Shown: positions 11,901 through 24,138 of the stretch, piece by piece
How positions within the stretch are numbered: position 1 is the stretch's first letter
How the letters are laid out: each line of letters opens with the position of its first letter
NCBI GenBank assembly: GCA_013239625.1
Contig: MU054187.1
Location: 13,796,974-13,860,973, forward strand
From: Lama guanicoe
Lineage: Eukaryota
Length of the DNA: 64,000 nucleotides
Reading direction: 5' to 3'
Notes under the pieces: generated by a model
The model's input: only the letters and a program-made list of their open reading frames with translations
What the model was told of the DNA's origin: nothing
Databases searched by the model: none
Program-made: the position numbers and the translations under genes

Positions 11901-13404
11901 GAGACATAGGAGATAATTTCTCAAGTACGTAGAGTACCTGTAAACCAGTAATAGGTTACCCATCAAGGAAAGTTCATCAAACAACAGACATAGTTTGACC
12001 CTGATGCATTTAGGCGTTATGCTGGTTGGTAAGCTATTTGCAAGATTATTTAAGGAGTTAGAGCATACTCATAATCATGATTAAGACTTTGAATAGAAGG
12101 GTAAAAAATTCACTAGTCACAGTATTCTAAAAGACAGAGTCAGTACATCTACCTGAGACTTGGTCCTTTCTTGTTTTTTATTTATTCCTTCACTGTCCGT
12201 GGTTGCTGAGCACTCAATGCTAGATGCTGGTGACACACGGCCGAGTAAGGCACATGCCTCACACTCGGGGAGTGCAGTCAGGTGGGAGGCAGACAATTTC
12301 TGTAGGTGTGGCCTAGGAGAGATCTAGGAAGGCTTCTCAGTGGAAGAGGCTTCTGAGCAGGAGGTCAGGGAGGAAGGGGCATTATAAGCAGAAGTGCCTG
12401 CATGTGCCAGAGTACAGAGGCAAACAAGTTTTAGCTTCATTCTCATGGTCATTGTCTTTTTTTTTCATTTCTTCACTCCTTTGCTTTCAATTTTGCAACA
12501 CTGGAACCCCAGACCAACTATTTTTCAGGGAAATTAACATCTTCATTCATTGTTGCAATGATCTTCTCTGAATGAAGATGTGCACAAATTAAGGCAAAAG
12601 GTTAAAAAGGATAAAGAAAGAAAAGGACAGGTGTTTTAAACACAAAGCTCCTTGCACCCTTGAGAGTCAGCTACCTCCAGAGAGTTTTAATGTGAAATAT
12701 TTTGCCTGTGTTTTTCATTCATTAAGCCCCAGGGCGGAAGCCATGCTTACTGTATGGCTTATGCAATGCTGAATTGGCTGTCACATTCAAATCATAAATA
12801 ATGATAATGGCGCACAAAAGGCAGGAAATGCCAAAGCGAAGGCTTTCATTACAATGTTAACTTGTCCCAATCATACACATATATTGTGCCTCAATATCTA
12901 TATAAACTTTCCAGGGTTGTTTTATTATATGAAAAATGTGCAATATAGTCAAGTTACCATTCTAATGAGAACCTTAGATTCTCACAATTTGGACCTTTTC
13001 TAAGTATTATGGCTTAAAGCCATCACATTGTATTAGCAGGAAGTTTTATATTAAGGAGTAAAAGCAGACCATCCTTTGTATTTGTAAATAATTCTCTCTG
13101 AAAGCAGGAGCACGTGTACTGTGGAAGCTGGTTTTCAGTAGAGGGACGTAGATTTCCTTGCTGCCTCTGTGCCTTCTCACCAAATCCAACTGAGGACCAG
13201 AAGCTCACTGTCAAATTCTGAGGATTCCCGAGGAGAGGAGTCAGGTTGCCTGGGACAGAAAATCTGATGGTCCATGTCTGTAAACACGCAAGTGGGATAG
13301 GCCCCCCAGCCTCGAAGTGATCACTGGCATCAGGCTCTATTTTATTACGGTAGAAAACGATTCAGAGTGTTATCAAATTCACTTAACTAAAAGAAAAATG
13401 ATTC

Positions 13405-13694
13405 TAATTCAGTTTGTAAATACTTAATTGACTATCTCTATTGTTCCTATATTCACAACATACACCTAGGCACAGTATAAAATGCATAGATTGGAACATA
13501 TTCCCTACTCACACACAATAAAATTGTAATCTACAGGAACAGTGGTCAACTTAGACAAAGATTGAGCAAGATAGTGTATAATTAAAGAAGTATAAGGTGC
13601 TTTGAGAGTTTATAGGGAGGAATTACAGGAAGAGATCAAAGGCAGATTCCCAGAAAGGAAACTATGAAAGAGAAGATGTTAAAGCTGGACAGGA
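13405..13694 (-). mobile_element. L2 fragment abutting the 3' end of the retrocopy
   Basis: taaatacttaattgactatct..cctaggcacagt..aaggtgctttgagag..ggcagattcccagaaagg resembles the reverse L2 3' end. Confidence 0.5.
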
Positions 13695-16544
13695 TTTTTA
13701 AAACAAGTTTCATTTAGTTAAATATAGTAATCTTTAGTATATTCAGCCCTGGTTACACAGAAATAGAGTTTCAAATGTCTCTATTTGCAAGATTATTCAT
13801 GTAAAGCTCTTATTACAGATCATGTTATGGAGGACTTATTAAACAGCAACAATTGGAAATTTTATCCTTAAATTATTTAGAACAAAAAGAAAAGGAGACA
13901 TTTACTCATGGAATTCACGTTTAAACTACATTTACAAAATAGTCTAAGGATTGTGTCTCACTTTCATTGAGCAACTGTATAATCACTTGACTACTGTAGT
14001 GAAAGTAAATGAGAGGAAATTCAAAATGACTTTAGAAGGAAAACAAAAAAGTTTCTGTGTCAATAGAAGAGACTTGTGAAGTAGTCTAACCTCTTAGACT
14101 ATCTAAAAATCAAATAAGGTAAAAACCATTAATAAAGTTCACATTTATATAATGTATACCTATAAAGCATTCTCCTAAGAATGCTAATCATGTCAAGTTT
14201 CCATTTGAACTATTTGCATAATCATTACATAACAGCAGTAAAACCAGAAGAGAAAAAATTCAAAATTATATTAGGAGAAACTAAAAAATCTTGCTGTGTT
14301 TCTGGATGATTTTAATGGACTTGTTAACAATAAAAATGCTGTAAAAATGCTGTAATTTTACTACTTATGAACAGAATTACATAGATGTTACTAACCTACC
14401 AGATTTACATTTCAGTCATCTACAATTATAAAACATTATCCTAGGAATTAAATTCTATCATGCTTTCATTTGAGCCATAATCACTTAATGGCGATACAAC
14501 CAGTAGCAGAAACATTGAATTATTTTAGTCTCAGGGGGAAAAAAGCATCTTGCTGAGGTTCTGGACCTTCAGAAGGAGGCTTATTAAGGTGGGATCAACT
14601 TGCAAGGGTGACTCACTTGTGTTCTCCACTTGTGTGAAGGGAAAACCAAATCCAGAGTTCGGTGCAGACTTCTTGATGCTTGTAGTGATGTTTCAGGCCA
14701 GGGAAGTCCCTCACTGGAGAGAGAATTCCTAGATAATTCCAGGGAAAATTTTTCCCCGCTTTTAAGAATGGAGGAAGAAATAGGAATTCTTTTCTGAGGA
14801 ATCTCCTCCTGGGAGCCCTCCGGAACATCTGACCACTGATGGGATCATGAGATGGAGGACCAGCGCTCTGGCCTCTGGCTGCCGTCTAGGTGGGAAGGTT
14901 CACTCAAAAGAAGGTCCCAAGTGCCAGCACAGGGAGCCCCAGGAGAAGTGCTGGTGCGCCCTCACTGAGGACCTGCTGCATCAGGATGGAGGTGGCCTCG
15001 TGGAGGGAGGGATTCTCCCCTCTACACTTTTGGCCCCCCCGGGACATCTGGTCCACACAGGGTGCTAGACTGAATCTATGCACCATCACAGTCTCATTGT
15101 TTCTGGTGATTTCATCATCCAGAGGATTCCTTGGTAATCGAGGATTCCTTGGTGATCCCTGCAAGCTTCTGCAAAATGCCCCATTTCTAGCATCAAGAAC
15201 ACACGTATACTTTTCAAAATGCTTAAATTCTTCTGCAGTAAGTTTTTTATTTGATGTATGCCTTTTCTCTTCTTAAGTCATTGAGATTTCTGTCAACCAG
15301 CAGGACTCTTGAACTGTTGCCATAAACTTTTCTTTCGTGAGAAATAAACTGGCTTTGATAAGAGTCAGTGATTCATTTGAATTTTTCTAAACACGTTCTG
15401 GCTTGTACTTTATAGATGCCCACCTCTTCACGTGCACAGATGATCTTGTATCAGCTTTGGAAAAATTCACCTCTATTTTTATGAGTTAAGTTAGTTCTAA
15501 ATTGAATATTTGGTGAAAATCCGTTCCATTTTTTTTTAAATGCAGTTCAGAAAGGGTCTAAAGTTTCTACTGGACTTTTTGCATTTCGCTTTCTGTGTTT
15601 TTTCTAACCACAGGAGTGCCTTCTCTGTATGGAGACTTCTAATGTGATCTTTAGGTTCATTGGTTTATTTTATTTCCTCCAGTTAATTTGGGGTACATTT
15701 GATTTATTTTTTCTTTTATCAATATGTATTTGATTTCAATTAGTTTTCTCAAAACTACTTTTGATCCTTGTTCTAAGAGGCCTCCATTTTCCAATTGTTT
15801 TGTTTGATCCAATTTCAAGTTCCCACTATTCGTGTTGCTTCGTCGAGAGCACCCCAATCTCTCTTCTTTAGCAAGAAGTCATCCAGAGCCTTCATTTAAC
15901 TTTCTGGTTATTTAAACCTGTCCCGTAGGCACTTTAGCATTTTCTACTATTTTATTCTGTTCAACTAGTCTGTTCACTCTTTCTTTTCATCCATCAATCT
16001 CTTATGAAAAGCAGCTTATACTTCCTTAAAGGAGTAGAATTTCCATCCAAAGCGTCTTTTAATGCTGTATAAAGTTCTTCATTTTTCTGTTGTGCTTTGA
16101 AGGCTGTAGTGGCAGCTACTTGGAATTGGATATGTGTTGATGCACCTTCTAAAGACTGAGTCTTTCTCATCATGTCAGACATCAGTTAAACTTTTCTAAT
16201 TGTTTAGATTCCTCTTCTTGAAGACCTTTTCTTAAAGTCTCTATTGCAAACCCAAGTAAAGAGCTAGACCCTTCCAGCCCTTCCCTTTCTTTTTCAATGA
16301 GGCTAAGCTTCTCAAGAATTTGATGTCCTTCTTCCTGACTTTGTTTTACATAGAGTAGACTTTTCATGATAAAAGAGCCTCCCCTTCCACAGCCATCCAT
16401 GGGGCTCTGGGCCTGGTCTCCGGGCCCTGGCAGCACTGCACCGCCTGGCACAGCCTCTCCAGGGCCCTGACAGTGCAGAGCATCGTGATCATCTGTGCAT
16501 CCTCCAGGGCCCCCCGGGCTACCACTGACTTGCCTTAGCTCCAT
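13695..16544 (-). pseudogene. MIA2: Processed pseudogene (retrocopy) of cTAGE5/MIA2, an ER-export coiled-coil protein
   Basis: Minus-strand translations match recalled cTAGE5 colinearly with no introns: KSLLYV..ILEKLSLIEKEREG (parent RSRLYV..LLEKFSLVQKEYEG); MSDMMRKTQSLEG..ALKDALDGNS (MADISKRIQSLED..AIKDALNENS); NLKLDQTKQLENGGLLEQGSKVVLRKLI ([28 protein letters not shown]); PRNPLDDEIT (PGNPLDHQIT); LIPP..PEPQQ at ~14550-14600 (parent C-terminus). Start gccATGG at 16544. In-frame TAGs at 15558-15560 and 15567-15569 plus frameshifts. 3'UTR-like AT-rich sequence runs to ~13695. Confidence 0.92.
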
Positions 16545-18944
16545 GGCTCTGGTGGCCATAGCAGACCACAGAGAACACTAGAGAGCATTCCTCCAAGAAC
16601 CAACCCAGTGTGGAGCAACCAGCACAGACCTCAGTGGAGGAGGGGGAGAGAAGACAGACAGTTCCTCCGAACCTCCTCACTTTACAAAATATGTAGATAG
16701 TGATACTGCTGCATGGCATTGGGCAGCATGAACCGAGGCTGCTGGAGGATGTGGACGATGACCCAGGGCTCCAGGCCCCCCAGGCCCTACCTGATTGCTC
16801 CTAAGGGAAGCAGTGTCACACTGTAACCCATTCAGTGTCACCGGTTGGGCCACCTTGCTATGGAGGGTTTGCAGGCCCTCGACTCCAAGGCTCCTCATTT
16901 TCTTGAACACACACTTTATTCTGTGACTCTGGAGACCTCATCCTGCCCACATGAGTCACAGGAAACTGCCCATGGCCCCTCCTGCATCTGCGTCTGGCCT
17001 GCTTTGCGCAGCACAGGGAGGGGTGCAGGAGGGCTCCTGGAGGGTTTCGGCTTTCTTCCTGAAGTGCACCTTTAAAAACTAAGAAAAAAGTAAGTAGGGT
17101 GGTCATAGTTCACACAGATCAAGAATGTGCAGCCCAGCTGTGAGCAAGGAAAGCATGCTTTCAGACTTTTCCTCCCTCGGGTGAAATGTTTGATGGCGAG
17201 GAGGTTCTTCGGGGCACTGAGATTCAGAAAGATGATCTCTGAGGGTGTTAGAGCTCTCCCTGAAGTGGCAGGAGTGCTGGGCCGCCGAGTGCCTCCCCCA
17301 TGTGGAGACCGTCCCTGGGCCTGGGAGAGTCGCCGACATCCGTGGGACACGGCTCCCACCCAGGTGGGGTGCTGCTTGCTGCTCGCGGGTTAGCTCGTAA
17401 CAGTGTTATGGGGTAGATATTTCTGTTTCCAGCTCCTGCAGATGGATTCACAAAGGCTTTTAGAGGCTCTGTAACCTGCCTAAGGTTTGTACAACTAGAA
17501 GACGCTTGATTCCAATCCAGTTTTTAATAATACAGGACATGGCAGAATGAAAGTGAGGAAGTATTCCGAATGACGGTGAGTAGGATGCTTTGCTTTAACA
17601 TGGGATAGATATTGAATATACAATCAGAGAACAATGGGAAGGTACTTCGGGGTCATCATTGGTGGAAAATCTTGGGAAGCAGAGTGAAAAAAAAAACAAA
17701 ACAGCTAGTCAATATTTCAGGCCAAGGTTTTGCAAACAGTGCCAGGGAGACCTAATGTTTGCAAATGTGTGTGTGGGATATTGGGGAGTGGACAGGGGAG
17801 GGTAGGTATGAGAACCAGTCAGTTGATTTCTAGGCTGCTACCCCACCCTCTTAAAGCAGAGCATTTCTGTTTTTATCTGTATTATATTTTAGTATGGCGC
17901 TTATTTTTAAGAAAGAGTTCTATTGCTTAAACATAAAAATTTAACCACTGTTTTGAACAATGAAAAGTCACTGGAAGTATTTGAGAGGGAGTAACATGAT
18001 ATGGGATGAACGACAGTCACATTAAGATATGCATAAAAGGGGGGTTGTCGAGAAAGATGAAAATTAGGGCAACCAGAAAGGATGATTTTTACACTGATAG
18101 AATAATAGCTTTCCTATTTCTGCATTTTTATTGTTTCTTTATAAACAAAGACCTTAAAGATCCTAAAGTATTATTTCCAGGAAGCAAGTACAGTTTCTTC
18201 TTTTAGCAATGCAACATCGTCGCCTCCTTATGATTTTCTTTCCATAAATAAACGGGCCCCTTCCTTGGTGCTTCACCATGGGACCCTACTTTAAATGAAA
18301 TTCTCTTTGAGTGCAAAAGTTGGGTCATTTTAGCTTTAGGATAAGATCCAGTTCTGTGATTGAGGTTACAGTTAAAAGGGGAATTCATTTTCACAGCAGG
18401 AATGATGTGACTCATCTGGGCTCTCAAAGCTGTAAGTTCCCAGGAGATAAGGATGAACATGCCAGACCCTCACTGTTCAGTGGCCGCCTGTTCCCCCGTG
18501 TCAGCTTTGCCTCCCAACTCTGTTCCTCTGCAGCTTCCTCACAGATGAAGTCTGCATGCGTGACTCTATGCAGGGCCGGCGCGGGGATCAGGCCAATGTA
18601 AAGTGATGGTGTCTGAGGAAGAGCGTGCCTGCATTTTGGGCTCGGAGAGGACTTGAGGTCAAACAACCGTCCGTTTGTTTCTGTGCTTGAGGATAAAGTG
18701 CCATAAACACATCCGAGGTAGCATCGACAAACACCTGTCCCTTCTCCCAACCCAGAGCCCTAACCCTTTCCATCATCTCTGGTTTGATTAATGGCCTCAT
18801 TGCCGAGGGTCAACCTGAAATGCTGCTTGCATCACATAAAAACCTTTTCTAGCACAGAGCCTGCTTCTGCAGAATCTGTTATCTCAAAGGCTACACTACC
18901 TACCCTTTCTGACTTAGAACATAGAAAGCATTCGTCTCATTATA

Positions 18945-19745
18945 ACGCTCGTTCATGTAACAAGTCCTTATTGCATACCTGCTGCGTGCCAGATGCTGTT
19001 CTCGGTACCGGGGATACAGCAATAAGCAAAACAAAAAATCCTACCCACCTGGTACTCATTTTGAGTGGAGAGAAATAGATAAAATAAATAAATAAAAGTG
19101 TAGTCTGTTAGAAAATGACAGCTGTCATGGAAAAAATAATGCTGAGAAACAGTTTGGGGCTTGTTGGGGGATTGCCAAATTTAAGTAGGGTGATCGGGGA
19201 AGGCTGTGGATGCAAACCAATGAACGTGGGCAGAGGACACAGCAAAGACGAAAGCCCAAGGCAGTGCCTTCAGGGTTCAGTGGGCATCGCAGGGGCCAAG
19301 GAGGCTGAAGTGCCAAGAGCAGAGGAAAAGGGCAAATGTGGAAGCAGTGGGGGAGGACACGGGAACAGATCTGGAGGAACCTTGTAGGACATTCACTCCA
19401 CGTAAGCTGGGACACTCATGGAGGGTATTGACGGAGGGATGTGTTGCTGTGATGACTCACTTATGCATGTGCTCACTTGAGTTGCTGTGCTGAGAATAGG
19501 ATGAAGGAGGATCAGAAGGATCAAGGAGATGCTGATGTGGTGGTTTGTGATCATCCAAACAAGAGGAGCCAGAGTAGTTGCAGGAGAGATGGTGAGATGC
19601 GGATAGATCCCGGTGTGCGGCTTGACTGACAGAAGACAAGGGTGTCTCCAGGCCTTTCGCTGCAGCACCTGGGAGGATGGAGTTGCCATTAACTGAGATG
19701 GGGAAACTGTAGGAGAGCAGGTTGGAGGAAAGAACAGAGAAAACC
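18945..19745 (-). mobile_element. L2 LINE 3' region
   Basis: tgtgccag-like gtgccagatgctgttct..ggggatacagca, ggagatggtgagatg and gatggagttgccattaactgagatgggga match the reverse of L2a. Confidence 0.85.
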
Positions 19746-21272
19746 TGCAAAATACCTGTTGCTTGTCCTTCCTATCACCATTAAAAAAGTTAAAGTAAAT
19801 ATATGAACCATATTTTTGAGAAACATATCAGTGAAATTTCCAAGTAGAGATTTTTTTAAATCAACATTATAAATAACATGATTAAGACAGATCATCAGAT
19901 TATTTGGGAAGAATCTCTTACTTACTGTTACATCCTCAGAACCTAAGGTGCCCTGGCACAGAGTAAGTTAGTCCATGGATATTGACTGAAGTCGACCAGA
20001 TTTACCACTGATTACCATAAGTAAATTTGTGCTTAAATCATTCCTGGTTTATGGATATTTACAAATTGTAAGCCTGAGTTTGTCCTAGACAAAAACTTAG
20101 TTCTATCCAGATGATTATGTTTTTTTCAACTGAAAAAGCAACCATAGCTCCAGTCAAAACAGACTAGTTGCCTCCCATCAGGCTAATCATTAAACACAGC
20201 AAAACTTTCCCTTCCTAACCAGCTACCATACTGTGAAAATTAACTGGGTACTGCAGTGAATAAGGAGGGTGGAGTTGTGCGCCCTTGGAGAGAAGTGAAA
20301 TGGCTCGCTGTGTCTGCATGGAGAGTTTAACATCCCTTACCTTTTTTTGATTTGCCAGCATTCCCCTACCATGATTGCTAGCTCTTTTTTTTTTTTTAAA
20401 GTAAAATCAGAAAGATATGTTCCTTTTCAAGAGGATTTTTTTTTAATTGCCTATGGGCATCTTCAACTTTCTTTTCTCTACCAACAAAAATAACGACAAC
20501 AATACATTTAAAACAAAGAAAAGCTATTGCGCAGATGTAGGCTTCATTTTCCCTCCAGTAACACACACCTAATACCATCCCCCCCACACTAGAAAATTAC
20601 ATTTTGGACCCCGTCTTCATACTTCTTTCTGCTGCTTAAAATAAGGAGGAAAGATTCTCCCATTTTATTCCATATGTCATCCACTTGGAGAAGAATGTGA
20701 TTTTGCCCATTCTTTAAAGAAAATAACAATGGCCACCATCTGTAACACTTTGCACAGCACTTTTCAGTTCATTTTCATACCATTATCTTGATTTTATAGA
20801 TGAAAAAAATCAAAAGCTTGTATTGATCTGAATGAAATGTCAGGGGAGCAATATTTTATGGTGTTATCTTTTATTTAGCTAGTTGCCTGAAATGTATACA
20901 GTTTTATTTTATTTTTTTGAGACTTTCAAATAAGAAGTGGAAGGACTTTTATATCAGTAATAATTTCTTTGTGTGTATATTTCTCCTGATCCTGCAAATT
21001 GTAATTACTTGAAATTTCTTCAATCCTTGCCTGTTTTGTCATTTATTTTGTTGTTTTTTGGTTTTTGTTTTCCTTTCTTTCTATGACTTGAAGTAGAATT
21101 AAAAAGAACATAGGGTTTGGAGCCAGATATTTGGATTCTGGTTCTTCCACATAATTGTGTTGGAGGGAAGGAGAAACTGAGATACTTTAAGGAAAGTTAT
21201 CTGAATTCTCTAGTAAGTCTTGATTGGCTTCTTTAATGAGTCTTGATTTGCTCCTCTTAAAAATGGAAATCT

Positions 21273-22252
21273 GCGAACAATCTATGGGTAAAAGAAATCA
21301 AAAGAGGAAAAAAAAGGCAATACGCTAAGGCAAATAAAGTGGAAATGTAACATACCAAAATTTATGGGATGCAGCAAAAGCAGTTCTAAGAGGAAAGTTT
21401 ATAGCAGTAAATGCCTATCTCAAGAAACAAGAAAAGTCTTGAATGAACAACCTAACTTTACACCTCAAGGAACCAGAAAAAGAAGAACAAATGAAGCTCA
21501 AAGTTAGTACAGGCATGTATCATTCTGTTGCACCTCACTTTTTTGTGCCTCACAGATACTACATGTTTTACAGGCTGAAGGTTTGTGGCCCCTTGCATTG
21601 TCAGATGATAGATTATTCAGCAATAAATTATTTTTAAATTAAGATATGTACTCTTTTTTTTAGACATAATGCTATTATTGCACACTTAACAGACTAGAGG
21701 GGAGTGTAAACATAACTTTTATATACTCTGGGAAACCAAAAACTTCATGTGATTCACTTTATTACAGTGGTCTGGAACTGAACCTACGATATCTCTGAGT
21801 TATGCTTTTACCTGTAAAAGGAAGGAAATAATAAAGAGTAGAGCAGAAATAAATGAAATCAAGATTAAAAAGGCAATAGAAAATATCAATGAAAGTAAAA
21901 GCTTTGAAAAAATAAACAAAATTGACAAACCTTCAGCTAGGCTCACCAAGAAAAAAAGAGAGAAGATGCAAATAAAATCAAAAATGAAACTATTCTTACA
22001 GCTGATACCACAGAAATGTAAAGGATCATGAGACTACTGTGAGCAATTATACGCCAGCAAGGACACCCTTGAAGAAATGGATATATTCCTAGAAGCATAC
22101 AACCTACCACAAGACTGAATTGTGATAAAATAGAAAATCCGAACAGACCAATTACTAGTAAGGAGATTCATTCAATAATCAAAACCTCCCAGGAAACAGA
22201 AGTCCAGGACCAGCTGGCTTCACTGGTGAGATTTACAAAATGCTCAAAGAAG
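21273..22252 (+). mobile_element. L1 ORF2 fragment (degenerate), interrupted by a Tigger1 derivative
   Basis: tatgggatgcagcaaaagcagttctaagaggaaagtttatagc ([14 protein letters not shown]), aacaaaattgacaaacct, ccaggaccagctggcttcactggtga (PGPDGFTGE-like). Confidence 0.93.
21510..21814 (+). mobile_element. Internally deleted Tigger1 (Tigger1a-type MITE)
   Basis: Termini ta|caggca ... cctg|ta with a TA TSD. Tigger1 5' motif (gaaggtttgtggc) is fused to its 3' motifs (tagacataatgctatt, gggaaaccaaaa, gtggtctggaactgaacc). Confidence 0.9.
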
Positions 22253-22399
22253 ACCATTTATTTGCCAAAGCCATTGGTGATGCAGAGTGGTAAAACTTAT
22301 GAGCTCAATACATCATAAACATCAGTGGGTCTATATCACATGTTGTTCACTGTATGGAATTTAATGATGTCCCTTGTGGTGCTGGGCCTGATACACAGT

Positions 22400-24080
22400 G
22401 GGCTGCCCCTTCATCCCCTTCCTGACCTCTGAATGTTGCAGGCCCTCCAGAATCAGTGCTGAGCCCTCTCTCTTTAATCTGCATACATCCTCTCTGGGTG
22501 ATCACATCCATTATTGTGGCTTTAAATATCTATCTATCTGCTTTTACCTCTCAAATTTACATCTCTGGTTCTCTCAACTTAAGATGTCTCACAGGCATCA
22601 CAAACTGAACCTATCTAAAGCTGAACTTTTGGCCCTTCCTTTATGCCACAGACTCTTCTTTCCTGAGTCTGAGTCTTCTCCATGTCAGTGACACCATCAT
22701 AACCCAGTTATTTAAGACAGAAACCTAGTAAATTATCTGTGGTTTGTCCTCTCCATTCCTCTTCAAATACAACCCATAACCAAATACTGCTTCCTACTTA
22801 TCTAGTAAATATCTCACATCTGCCATTTCTCTCTGTCTTCACCAACCTTTCCCTTCCCAGCCCAGTCTAAGTTCCCATCATCCTCCTTCTGGACAGCTGC
22901 TTGATTTGTCTCTCTCTTCTCTGACCCTACTCTCACCCTTTCTCCAAGAAGAAGCCGTGGAGATATTTGGAAAATGTAAATCAGATATTACCTCCTTACT
23001 TGAAACCCTTTATATGATGTGTTGTTGCGCTTAAAACCTAAACTCCGTAACCTTTGTAACCTCTGCATCAGAGATTCCTCATGATCACGTCCTTGTCACT
23101 ACCCTCTGCTCTCACTGACTGTATGAGGGTCCCCAAGACCACTCTCAGGTTCAGTGATTTGCTGGGACTCACAGAACTCAGAAAACCTTTTATATTCATT
23201 GTTATGGTTTATTGTAGTAAAAGGATACAGGTTAAAATTAGCAAAGGAAAAAAGCATATAGATTAGAGTCTAGGAAAACCCAGTCATGAATTTCCAGTTG
23301 TTCTCTCCCAGCAGAGTTGTATGAATAGCACTTAATTCTCCTAGCATGCTCCATGTATGTGACAATACATGTGGACTGTTGTCAACCAGGGAAGCTCGAG
23401 TCAGCCTTGGTGTCTGGGGTTTTTCCTGGGGATCGGTTATCTAGACACGGAGCTCCCATGTGACAGACCTTAGTTACTCAACCTCCACTCTCTCCAGAGG
23501 CAGAACTGATACCACTGGCCCAAGGACCCCACCATAAATCACACTATTAGCATTAACTGTCTGGGGACCACAGCCACAAGGAAACAGACACTCTAATCAG
23601 GGAGGTAATTCCAAGGGCTTAGAGGTTAAAGACCAGGAGCAGGTCAAAGGCTAGACTTTTCTTTGTAGTGTGTGGGGTTTGGACAATCCAGGCTTGCTGA
23701 GTTAACCCCTGATTAGACACCGGTCATCTAGAAGTTCCTTGACCAGGCCAAGCCCTTTTCCTCCTTGGGCCTTTGCACTTGATATTTCCTCCTCATCCTT
23801 CAGATCTTACTTTAATGTCATATGTGCAGAGACGTCTTTCCTGACCACCATACCTAAGTAGGTCCATTCCTTTATTACACTCCATCACAGAACCGTCATC
23901 AAATCCTTTGTGACACTTATCTCAAATGACAATTAGGTGTGTGTGTAATCATTCACTTGCTTCTTGTCTGTCTCCTCAACTAGATTTGAAGATCCATAAG
24001 GATGCAGACAGACGTATGTTTGTCTTGTGTGCAATACATTGTCTGAGATGTGATTGTTACTCAAAAGACATTTTCTGAAT
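22400..24080 (+). mobile_element. L2 LINE remnant, split by an ERVL LTR
   Basis: cacaggcatcacaaactgaacc, cagatattacctccttacttgaaaccct, cctttgcacttg, tctttcctgaccacc. Confidence 0.8.
23120..23719. mobile_element. Solo ERVL LTR (MER77/MER21-like)
   Basis: tgtatgagggtccccaagaccactctcaggttcagtgatt..aaaggatacaggttaaaattagcaaagg..ccagggaagctc..gctgagttaaccc. Confidence 0.85.
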
Positions 24081-24138
24081 GATGGGAACTGTTATTTTTA
24101 TATGTATACTTGTCTCCTTGGTTTTCATTTGTAATTTT

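Noticed and set aside
16182..16559. 125-aa ORF as an intact gene
   Set aside because: It is the frameshifted 5' part of the cTAGE5 retrocopy and terminates prematurely.
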